A stretch of 64,000 nt of DNA from an uncultured delta proteobacterium (GTDB taxonomy: Bacteria; Myxococcota_A; Polyangia; Polyangiales; Polyangiaceae): NCBI GenBank assembly GCA_963806225.1, contig CAWDXG010000004.1, positions 704,001 through 768,000 of the forward strand, given 5' to 3'. The notes beneath the pieces are model-generated. The model had not been told where the DNA came from, did no database searches, and worked only from the letters and a program-made list of their open reading frames with translations. The translations under genes and the position numbers were made by a program. Numbering within the stretch: position 1 is the first letter of the stretch; each line of letters starts with the position of its first letter. Shown here piece by piece: positions 53,759-62,006 of this stretch.

Positions 53759-54856
53759 ATGAGCTCCCAGCCCGCTGGCGTCGCACGCCGTCTCTCGTTC
53801 CTCGACCGGTACCTCACGCTGTGGATCTTCGCGGCCATGGCGCTCGGGGTCGGTCTCGGATTCGGCGCTCCCGGGGTGGTCTCGGGTCTGTCCCGCCTCA
53901 GCGTCGGCACGACCAGCATCCCCATCGCGGTCGGGCTGATCCTGATGATGTACCCGCCTCTGGCCAGGGTTCGCTACGAAAAGCTCGGCGGCGTGCTCGG
54001 AAACCGCCGCGTGCTGGTCCTATCCCTCGTCCAGAACTGGATCATCGGCCCGGCGCTGATGTTCGCACTCGCCGTCGTCTTCCTGCGCGACAAGCCCGAG
54101 TACATGCTCGGGCTGATCCTGATTGGGCTGGCGCGCTGCATCGCCATGGTCATCGTGTGGAACGATCTAGCGCGGGGCGACCCCGAGTTCTGCGCGGGGC
54201 TCGTAGCGATCAACTCGATCTTCCAGGTCTTGTTCTTCTCCGTGTACGCCTGGTTCTTCGCGACGCTGCTGCCCTCCTGGCTCGGGCTGAAGTCTGCGGT
54301 CATCGACATAGGGATCGGGCAGATCGCAACCAGCGTCGCCATCTATCTCGGTATCCCTTTCGCCGCCGGCCTGGCAACGCGGCTCGTGATGATCCGTGCC
54401 CGCGGCGTGGAGTGGTACGAACAGCGCTTCCTGCCCCGTATCGGTCCCATCACGCTCATTGCACTGCTCTTCACCATTATCGTGATGTTCTCGCTCAAGG
54501 GCGAGGCCATCGTGAAACTACCGCTCGACGTGGTGCGCATCGCGATACCGCTTCTCATCTACTTCGTGGTGATGTTCCTGGTGTCGTTCTGGCTCAGCCG
54601 CATCGCCGGGGCGAACTATCCGGCATCCACCACGCTGAGCTTCACTGCCGCGTCGAACAACTTCGAGCTGGCGATTGCCGTGGCCGTCGCGACGTTCGGC
54701 ATCCACAGCGGCGCGGCCTTCGCCGCGGTGATTGGTCCGCTGGTCGAAGTGCCCGTGATGATCGGCCTGGTCCACGTCGCGTTCTGGCTGGGCCGGCGCT
54801 ACTTCCCTGATTTCGCGGCGGGAATCCGAGCTGGAACGGAGCCTTCACCGGAGTAG
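53759..54856 (+). CDS. acr3: ACR3 family arsenite efflux transporter
   Basis: [57 protein letters not shown]. Confidence 0.95.
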   Translation: MSSQPAGVARRLSFLDRYLTLWIFAAMALGVGLGFGAPGVVSGLSRLSVGTTSIPIAVGLILMMYPPLARVRYEKLGGVLGNRRVLVLSLVQNWIIGPALMFALAVVFLRDKPEYMLGLILIGLARCIAMVIVWNDLARGDPEFCAGLVAINSIFQVLFFSVYAWFFATLLPSWLGLKSAVIDIGIGQIATSVAIYLGIPFAAGLATRLVMIRARGVEWYEQRFLPRIGPITLIALLFTIIVMFSLKGEAIVKLPLDVVRIAIPLLIYFVVMFLVSFWLSRIAGANYPASTTLSFTAASNNFELAIAVAVATFGIHSGAAFAAVIGPLVEVPVMIGLVHVAFWLGRRYFPDFAAGIRAGTEPSPE

Positions 54857-54859
54857 CAG

Positions 54860-55327
54860 ATGGCGACCATCCTTTTTCTGTGCGTGGCCAACTCGGCGCG
54901 GAGCCAGATGGCCGAAGCGCTCGCCCGGAACCTTTTCGGGCGCGGCGTCCGGGTGCAGAGCGCGGGCAGCCGGCCATCCCGTGTCAATCCGTTTGCGGTG
55001 GAAGTGCTCGGCGAGCTTGGCGTCGACATGCGGGAGCAGCGCTCCAAGTCGGTCGACGGCATCGACCCGGCCAGCATCGACGCCGTGGTCACGCTCTGTG
55101 CCGAGGAGGTGTGCCCGGCGTTCCTGGGCGCGGCGCGGCGACTGCATTGGCCGATCCCGGACCCCGCAAGCGATGACCCCAGCCTTTCGCGCGAACAGAT
55201 GCTGACACGTTTCCGCATGGCGCGGGACGCGATCCAGAAGCTGCTCGAAACGCACCGCGCCGAGCTGCTCGGCACAGCCCAATCAGATCCCTTGATGGAG
55301 AACGATCACGATGACCGGAACCACTGA
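54860..55327 (+). CDS. arsC: Arsenate reductase (thioredoxin-coupled, LMW-PTP fold)
   Basis: [31 protein letters not shown]. Confidence 0.92.
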   Translation: MATILFLCVANSARSQMAEALARNLFGRGVRVQSAGSRPSRVNPFAVEVLGELGVDMREQRSKSVDGIDPASIDAVVTLCAEEVCPAFLGAARRLHWPIPDPASDDPSLSREQMLTRFRMARDAIQKLLETHRAELLGTAQSDPLMENDHDDRNH

Positions 55328-56090
55328 CCAGATCCGCGGCAGCGTCCGCGAGCACTACGCCAAAGTAGCCGAGCAGAGCTCCAGCTGCTGTTCACCGGGC
55401 TGCTGCGGGCAGAACCCGGACAATTCGCTCGGGCTCGGCTACTCCGAGGAGGACCTTGCCGCCGTGCCCGACGGCGCGAACCTCGGGCTCGGTTGCGGCA
55501 ATCCCCAGGCCATCGCTTCGCTCCGCGAAGGCGAGACGGTGCTCGACCTCGGCAGCGGCGCCGGCTTCGACGCCTTCCTGGCTGCCCGCCAGGTTGGCCC
55601 GCGCGGGCGCGTCATCGGCGTCGACATGACCCCCGAAATGCTCGCGAAGGCGCGTGACAACGCCCGGCATCTGGGCGCCAACCACGTCGAGTTCCGCCTC
55701 GGCGAAATCGAGCACGTGCCCGTCGGCGACAGCAGCGTGGACGTCATCCTCTCGAACTGCGTCATCAACCTCTCGCCGGAGAAATCGCAGGTCTTCCGCG
55801 AGGCGTTCCGCGTGCTCAAGCCGGGCGGGCGCCTCGCTATCTCGGACGTGGTCGCGACCCGTCCGATCCCCGATGAGCTCGGCAGGCAGATCGACGCGCT
55901 GTGCGGCTGCGTTTCCGGCGCCGCTCCCGTCCGCGACCTCGAGGCGATGCTGACCGATGCCGGCTTCAGCAACGTCCGGGTCGAAGTGAAACGCGAGAGC
56001 CGGGAGTTCATCCAGAACTGGCTGCCCGGCAGCGGCGCCGAGGACTACGTCGCTTCCGCGACCATCCAGGCGATCAAGGCTCCCGAGTAG
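55311..56090 (+). CDS. arsM: Arsenite S-adenosylmethionine methyltransferase
   Basis: N-terminal [42 protein letters not shown]. Confidence 0.92.
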   Translation: MTGTTDQIRGSVREHYAKVAEQSSSCCSPGCCGQNPDNSLGLGYSEEDLAAVPDGANLGLGCGNPQAIASLREGETVLDLGSGAGFDAFLAARQVGPRGRVIGVDMTPEMLAKARDNARHLGANHVEFRLGEIEHVPVGDSSVDVILSNCVINLSPEKSQVFREAFRVLKPGGRLAISDVVATRPIPDELGRQIDALCGCVSGAAPVRDLEAMLTDAGFSNVRVEVKRESREFIQNWLPGSGAEDYVASATIQAIKAPE

Positions 56091-56102
56091 GGCCTGCCGC
56101 GA

Positions 56103-56651
56103 TCAGGACTGCGCCAGCTCCAGCAGCTTCAGCACGGTGCGCCAGTTGCGGGCCGTGCTGACCGTGGCGAGCGCCGAGTCGAAATAGGCGTTGGTCAGCT
56201 TGGTGCGCGCCACGCCGTTGGGACACAAGAGGTAGATCTCCCGCCCGCGCACCTTGAATTCGTCGGGCGGCGAGCGGGCAGCATCGAGACCCGCCCGCTG
56301 CCGGGCGCTGGGCGAGTCGGCGAGGAACATCACGTGCAGCTTCTGCTCGTCCGCCCCCAGAGCGACGAACGGATTGCCGCCGACCACCTCCGCAAGCTGC
56401 CGGGCGCTGCGCAGAATCACGGGGACTTCGAAGCCGAAGCGTTCGGCGATGCGCTTCGACACCTCGACGGGCAGTCCCGCTACGTCGCGCCGCGACGCCT
56501 TGAAAACCACGTTGCCGCTCTGGATCCACGTCCTGGCGTCACTGGCACCGGCCTGGACAAAGAGCGGCACCAGCTCCTTCATCGGCAGCTTGTTGCGCCC
56601 GCCGACGTTGATTCCGCGCAGCAGCGCCACGAAGGTTTCCAGAGTGGCCAC
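56103..56651 (-). CDS. DUF1697 domain protein
   Basis: ALLRGINVGGRNKLPM, TWIQSGNVVF, TARNWRTVLKL; start 56651 (GTG), 56660 or 56669. Confidence 0.85.
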   Translation of the reverse strand: MATLETFVALLRGINVGGRNKLPMKELVPLFVQAGASDARTWIQSGNVVFKASRRDVAGLPVEVSKRIAERFGFEVPVILRSARQLAEVVGGNPFVALGADEQKLHVMFLADSPSARQRAGLDAARSPPDEFKVRGREIYLLCPNGVARTKLTNAYFDSALATVSTARNWRTVLKLLELAQS

Positions 56652-56726
56652 GCGTGCCATTCTAGCCATGTACTCGACCGTACGCATGCCCCAACGCGCG
56701 CCCGGAGGCGCTACAATGGCCGGCGC

Positions 56727-57893
56727 ATGCCAACCCACGCCTTCACGCTGTTCGACACCCCCATCGGCCGTTGCGCCGTCGCGTGGAACGCACGCGGCAT
56801 CGCCGGGGTGCAGCTTCCGGAAGCGCGCGACGCCAGAACGCGCGCCCGCCTCGTCGAGCGATTCCCCGGCGCCCGCGAGGAGACGCCACCCGACGAGGTC
56901 GCCCGCGCTGTCGATGGCGTATCCGCGCTGCTACGCGGCGAGCGCCTGGACCTGTCCGACGTGCCTCTCGACCTGGACGGGGTTCCGCCCTTCTACCGCC
57001 GCGTCTACGAGACGGCGCGGGGCATTCCGCCGGGTTCGACGCTGACCTACGGCGAGCTCGCCGAGCGCCTCGGAAAGCCCGGGGCTGCGCGCGCGGTCGG
57101 GCAGGCCCTGGGCAAGAACCCCTTCGCCCTGGTCGTCCCCTGCCATCGCGTGCTGGCGGCCGGCGGCAGGGTCGGCGGGTTCTCGGCCGCCGGCGGCATC
57201 ACGACCAAGTTGCGCCTGCTGGCGATCGAGGGGGCACACGGGGCTGCCGGGCTGTTCGCGGGCAGCAGGGCTCCGGGCTTCGATGCCGACGCCGCGCTCG
57301 AACACGTGCGTGCCGCCGATGCGGCACTCGGCCGGCTCATCGAAAAGGTCGGCCCCTTCCGCATGCAGCTCAAGGCCACCCCCGACCTGTTCGTCGCCCT
57401 CGCCGAAGCAATCGTCTACCAGCAGCTCACGGGCAAGGCGGCGGCGACCATCTACGCCCGGCTCTGCGCGCTGTTCCCGCGCGCACAGGAAGGTCCCACG
57501 CCCAGACAGATCGCGCGCGCCACCGAAGCGCGACTGCGCTCCGCGGGGCTTTCGCGCAGCAAGGTGCTGGCGCTCAAGGACCTCGCGCGCCGCACGAGCG
57601 CCGGCGAGCTCCCCACTCTCGAGGAGGCTGCCAGCATGGACGCCGAGCCGCTCATCGAACAGCTGACGGCAGTGCGCGGAATCGGGCGCTGGACCGTCGA
57701 GATGCTGCTCATGTTCCGCCTCGGCCGCCCCGATGTGCTTCCGGTCGACGACTACGGCATCCGGAAGGGCTTCGCTGTCGCATTCCGGAAGCGTGAGCTC
57801 CCCTCTCCCCGGGAGGTAGCCACGCGCGGCGAACGCTGGAAGCCGTATCGTACGCTGGCCAGCTGGTACCTCTGGCGCGCAGCAGAACTGTGA
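56727..57893 (+). CDS. Fusion of methylated-DNA-protein-cysteine methyltransferase (Ogt) and AlkA-like HhH-GPD DNA-3-methyladenine glycosylase
   Basis: TYGELA, ARAVGQAL, NP...VPCHRV; AIVYQQL, LTAVRGIGRWTVEM, LPVDDYGIRK, WKPYRT..SWYLW. Confidence 0.9.
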   Translation: MPTHAFTLFDTPIGRCAVAWNARGIAGVQLPEARDARTRARLVERFPGAREETPPDEVARAVDGVSALLRGERLDLSDVPLDLDGVPPFYRRVYETARGIPPGSTLTYGELAERLGKPGAARAVGQALGKNPFALVVPCHRVLAAGGRVGGFSAAGGITTKLRLLAIEGAHGAAGLFAGSRAPGFDADAALEHVRAADAALGRLIEKVGPFRMQLKATPDLFVALAEAIVYQQLTGKAAATIYARLCALFPRAQEGPTPRQIARATEARLRSAGLSRSKVLALKDLARRTSAGELPTLEEAASMDAEPLIEQLTAVRGIGRWTVEMLLMFRLGRPDVLPVDDYGIRKGFAVAFRKRELPSPREVATRGERWKPYRTLASWYLWRAAEL

Positions 57894-57897
57894 CAGC

Positions 57898-58872
57898 TCA
57901 GGCTCGTTTGCGAGCCTGGGCACCGGGACGACGGCGGCTGCGTGCCGCGGCAGGCAGCGCCGTGTCGCCCGGGTACGCCTGGTGCAGCGTCGCCGCGAGC
58001 TTCTCCAGCGAGGACCCGAGCGGCGAGCGGCGGCGCCAGACCAGCGCGACCGTTCGCCCCGGTGCGGGCTTCGCGAAGCGTCTGAGGGACAGCTCGGCAC
58101 GCCTGGCCTCCGTGGGTACCGCAAGCTCCGGCAGCAGTGTGACGCCCGCGCCTCCCGCCACCATCTGCGCGAGCGTGGACAGACTGGTCGCGCGGAACTC
58201 GAGCTCGCTGGCGTCGGCGCCCGAACAGAATTCCCACGCCTGGTCGCGGAAGCAGTGCCCGTCGTCGAGCAGCAGCACGCCCGCGCCGGCCAGCTCCGCC
58301 GCTCGCGCCGGTGAAGACTTCTCGCCGAGTGGGTGCCCCTTCGGAGTGGCCAGCACGAACCGATCGTGCCCGACCACGGCATGCTCGACTTCCCCGATGT
58401 CGGCCTCCAGTGCGAGCAGCGCTGCATCGAGCTCGCCCACGTCGAGCTTCTGCACGAGCGTGTCGGTCTTGTCCTCGAGCCAGTGCACGGTGAGCCCGGG
58501 ATACGCGGCGTGCAGCGCGCGCGTGGCCCGCGGCAGCAGATACGGCGAGATGGTCGGGATGACGCCGATGCGCAGCGTCCCCGCCAGCGGGTCGGCGGCG
58601 CGGCGCGCCAGCGCCTCGAGATCACCGGTATCGCGCAGGATGCGCCGCGCGCGCTCGACGATTTCACGCCCGGCTTCGGTCACGAGCACCCGCCTGCGGT
58701 CGCGCTCGAACAGCCGCACGCCCAGGGCCTCCTCCAGCTGCGCCAGCTGCGCGCTGAGCGACGGCTGCGACACGTGGCAGCACTCCGCGGCCTTGCGGAA
58801 GCTGAGCAGCTCCGCCACGGCCGCCGCGTACTGCAGCTGTCGGAGCGAGAACGGAAACGGGCTGTAGTTCAT
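57898..58872 (-). CDS. oxyR: LysR family regulator, OxyR-like
   Basis: SFRKAAECCHVSQPSLSAQ HTH; GVIPTISPYLLP; LLLDDGHCFRDQAWEFC with both redox Cys; ATSLSTL. Confidence 0.85.
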   Translation of the reverse strand: MNYSPFPFSLRQLQYAAAVAELLSFRKAAECCHVSQPSLSAQLAQLEEALGVRLFERDRRRVLVTEAGREIVERARRILRDTGDLEALARRAADPLAGTLRIGVIPTISPYLLPRATRALHAAYPGLTVHWLEDKTDTLVQKLDVGELDAALLALEADIGEVEHAVVGHDRFVLATPKGHPLGEKSSPARAAELAGAGVLLLDDGHCFRDQAWEFCSGADASELEFRATSLSTLAQMVAGGAGVTLLPELAVPTEARRAELSLRRFAKPAPGRTVALVWRRRSPLGSSLEKLAATLHQAYPGDTALPAAARSRRRPGAQARKRA

Positions 58873-58885
58873 AGTCCAAACCTAT
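58871..58885. promoter_or_regulatory. OxyR-type ATAG-N7-CTAT box at the oxyR start
   Basis: ATAG-TCCAAAC-CTAT overlapping the oxyR start codon. Confidence 0.65.
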
Positions 58886-58941
58886 CACATGGCTCATGAC
58901 GATGCGCCGCACCAATAACAACACGGCAGGCTGCCCGCGGC

Positions 58942-61485
58942 TCACTTGAAGTGCACGCGCAGCTCGAGCTCGCCCGGCTTGTCCGGCGTGATGCGGAGCG
59001 TGACGACTCGCCCCTTCTGCTCTGCCGGGGCGCCTTCGGCGCTCGCGAGCTGGTAGCCCCCAGGCGCATAGACGCGGAAGCGGTACTCGAAGGGCACCGC
59101 CGTCGCCGGCCCCGCGTCGACCTTGAACCGGAGGTCCAGCTCCCGCGCACTGTCGTCCCAGCTCTCGCTCTCGAGATCGGTTCCGCCCTGGGTGATCTGG
59201 CGGTTGTCGCCCAGATACTGCGGGTGGCCGCTGACCTCGCGCAGCGCGATCACCTCGTGCCCGTGCGCGGGCACGGTGCGTTCCAGCGTTCCCTGTACGA
59301 CGCCGAGGAACTTCTCGCTCCAGAACTCGCTCGCCAGGTACTGCTTGTCCGGATCCAGCCCCCACTTTCCGAGCTCGATGCTGTAGGTGCGGGCCTCGTC
59401 GGGCAGGGTCTCGATCGGCCGCGCCGAAAAGTCGTAGTTTCTGCCCCAGTTGAGCAACCCGATCACGAACCAGCTCTCGTCCGAACCGGCCAGCGTACCG
59501 TGCACGCGGAGCAACCACTCCTCCGGGTAGTGGCGCGTGAACAGATCCATCGGTCGCGCGGCGTCCGGATAGCTCGGCAGGAGCTGCCGCCACACGTCGA
59601 TCTGCGCGGGCGTCAGCGTGCGAAGGTCCTCGCCGAACTTGATGATGGAGCCACTCAGCGACATGAACGACGCGTAGGTCTTCGCCTCGTCCATCGTCAC
59701 CGGCGGGTCGGGATGCTGCTTGTCGGTACGGAAGAACAGCAGATCGTTGTGTGTCACCCACACGCGGTTTTCGAAGTAGTACCGGCGCGCTCCCGTCTTG
59801 ACGATAGCCTTGAAGCTGTCCCCGTTGCCCACAGTCGAAAACGGCTGGCTCTGCTCCCAGAGCGGACCGGCATCGAGCGTCAGGCGCATGCCGTCGACCA
59901 CGCCCTCGTTGATGCCCATGAGCGCGATTCCGAGATAGAACACGTTGTCGCCGAGCGCCGACTTGATCGCGCGGATCCCCTTCTTGTACGCCTCGATGCT
60001 CGTCAGGGTTGGATCGTGCTTCGGCGGATACAGCATCTCGTAGTAGCCGAAATCGTGCTTGATCCAGCGCTCTCCCCAATCGTTCTTGTAGCGCTTCATC
60101 GTCGAGCCCAGCCAGTCCAGCACCGCAGGGTTCGACAGATCGAGCATGCGCGCGTCGCTACCGGGATCGAGCAGGCCGTGAAGAACGTTCGTCGCCGGAT
60201 CCAGCAGCCAGTCAGGATGCTGGGCGGCTAGCTTGGAGCTGGTCGAGACGCGGAACGCGGCGATCCACAACCCCGGCTGGAGCCCGTCGTCGGTGATCTT
60301 CTTCGAGAAAGCGGGGATCCCCGACGAAAACTTGCCGTTGGCCTGCCAGTCGCCGTCGGCGACCTGGTAGCCGTCATCCATCTGGAAGTAGTCGATGCCG
60401 AACGGGGCGAACTCGCGGGCCATCACTGCGAGGTTTTCGCCCATGTTGGTCTCGTCGATGTTGGTACCGAGTCCGCCTGTCGACCCGGAGCCGGTCCAGC
60501 TGTTCCAGCCGTTCGGGGTCGAGCGCCCGCCGTCGCGCTTCAGCCACACCGTGTAGTCGAGCCACGCCGCCACGGCGTCGGCGTAATCCTCGAGGCCCGT
60601 CCAGGGATCCGGCGCCGAAGGGTTCATGTAGACGACTTCGCTCGACAGCGAATCGCCCGGCTTCACCGGCTTGCCCTTGTACAGAAGTGGTTGGTCCGTG
60701 ATGAGCTCGTTCTGCCCGGTGCGCCCGCGATATCGGGCCGGAGCATCGGGATCGAGCTTGGTACCGAACGTCGGAAAGGCTCGCTCGACACCCAGGGTGC
60801 CGGCGACCCAGGAGTGTCCGCTGTCCAGGTCGACAACCGCGTGATTCCAGTTCGCGAGCACGTCTCCGCGCGAGCCGATCTCGAAGAACGAGTCGATGAT
60901 GGGCTGGCGCGAGGACTTGTCGGGGTAGTGGAGATTGGCTTCCGTGTCGGAGACGATGTCCATGCCGTCGTCGAGCACGCGGGTGCGCATCGCGTCCTTC
61001 CCCACGAAGAGACCGCCGCCGTCGCCGGAGCTGATGACCGGCGTGAAGCGAAGCACCCGGAGGTCGCCGCTCCGGTGGTTGGTCACGTCCAGCATCGCCA
61101 GCGCCGTATCGTGCTGGGGATCGGCGTACAGGCGCAGCGACAGGCTCACGTTGTCGACCTCGCAGTCGAGTTCATGGCCCGTCAATGCGTCGAAGTACCC
61201 GCCGGGCTTCGGCGACCTGTCGAGGCGCTGCCAGCGCGCGTTGCAGTCACGCGTGGACAGGGTCCGCTGCTTTTCGCCGTCTTCGATCAGCACTTCCGCC
61301 CATGCGCCGCGGAGCAGCGTGCCGCCGGCTCCTTCTATGTCGAAGCGCCCGCCGGAGTCCGGCGTCACCCGGATACCCGTCACGGGCGGCGCGACGCTCT
61401 CGTCCGTGCCGCAACCAGCGACCAGCGCTGCGACGCCGAGCAGCAGAGCCAGGGAGCGCGCCCATCGGCGAGCAGGGAGAGCCAC
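58942..61485 (-). CDS. Glycoside hydrolase lipoprotein, GH36/alpha-galactosidase-like (clan D)
   Basis: Lipobox VAG-C; NGWNSW, YFQMDDGYQ, PGLW, LDLSNP, WIKHDF (nucleophile), MRLTLD (acid/base). Confidence 0.8.
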   Translation of the reverse strand: MALPARRWARSLALLLGVAALVAGCGTDESVAPPVTGIRVTPDSGGRFDIEGAGGTLLRGAWAEVLIEDGEKQRTLSTRDCNARWQRLDRSPKPGGYFDALTGHELDCEVDNVSLSLRLYADPQHDTALAMLDVTNHRSGDLRVLRFTPVISSGDGGGLFVGKDAMRTRVLDDGMDIVSDTEANLHYPDKSSRQPIIDSFFEIGSRGDVLANWNHAVVDLDSGHSWVAGTLGVERAFPTFGTKLDPDAPARYRGRTGQNELITDQPLLYKGKPVKPGDSLSSEVVYMNPSAPDPWTGLEDYADAVAAWLDYTVWLKRDGGRSTPNGWNSWTGSGSTGGLGTNIDETNMGENLAVMAREFAPFGIDYFQMDDGYQVADGDWQANGKFSSGIPAFSKKITDDGLQPGLWIAAFRVSTSSKLAAQHPDWLLDPATNVLHGLLDPGSDARMLDLSNPAVLDWLGSTMKRYKNDWGERWIKHDFGYYEMLYPPKHDPTLTSIEAYKKGIRAIKSALGDNVFYLGIALMGINEGVVDGMRLTLDAGPLWEQSQPFSTVGNGDSFKAIVKTGARRYYFENRVWVTHNDLLFFRTDKQHPDPPVTMDEAKTYASFMSLSGSIIKFGEDLRTLTPAQIDVWRQLLPSYPDAARPMDLFTRHYPEEWLLRVHGTLAGSDESWFVIGLLNWGRNYDFSARPIETLPDEARTYSIELGKWGLDPDKQYLASEFWSEKFLGVVQGTLERTVPAHGHEVIALREVSGHPQYLGDNRQITQGGTDLESESWDDSARELDLRFKVDAGPATAVPFEYRFRVYAPGGYQLASAEGAPAEQKGRVVTLRITPDKPGELELRVHFK

Positions 61486-61530
61486 GACGAGCAGGATAGC
61501 AGAGTGCCGGGATCGTCCTGCGGGCCGCGT

Positions 61531-61905
61531 TCAAGCGCCCTGCCGGGCCTTTTGCCACTGTCGCCAGCTGCCCGACTCGATGACGGGACAGCCCGCGCCC
61601 TGCCCGGCCGCGAGCACGTACGTCTCGACGAGCCTGCCGTCCGACAGCGCGACGCGCGTGCGGCGGTAGAGCCGGGGATGATCCTCGAAGCGATCGAGCG
61701 CACAGAGCATCCTCTCGTCGACCTCGTACACCTCTCCAACCACGGCCTGGCGCCCGCCCCCGGCGAGCCCCGGATAGGCTCCCAGGTCGCGGAGCTCGAA
61801 CGCGGGCTCGGTTCTTCCCCGGGAAACGAAACGGGCTCCGCCCAACACATCGTGGTTCGCTTCCCCGGCGAGCAGCGTCCCGTAGACGAACACGTGCGCA
61901 CGCAT
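61531..61905 (-). CDS. Gamma-glutamylcyclotransferase (GGCT/AIG2-like) family protein
   Basis: VFVYGTLLAGEANH, LGAYPGL, VVGEVYEV, LDRFED, IESGSW. Confidence 0.88.
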   Translation of the reverse strand: MRAHVFVYGTLLAGEANHDVLGGARFVSRGRTEPAFELRDLGAYPGLAGGGRQAVVGEVYEVDERMLCALDRFEDHPRLYRRTRVALSDGRLVETYVLAAGQGAGCPVIESGSWRQWQKARQGA

Positions 61906-62006
61906 AGCGGCAACCGAGTCTAGCCCGCGGGCCGGAAAGTGTAACGGGGGCGTCCCGCCGCACGCACGGTCTTGCGCCGGGACCAGTTCAGCGCCAGGGT
62001 CGCCTC

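Noticed and set aside
53408..57893. Resistance island or mobile element
   Set aside because: No integrase, transposase, tRNA, flanking repeats or obvious composition shift.
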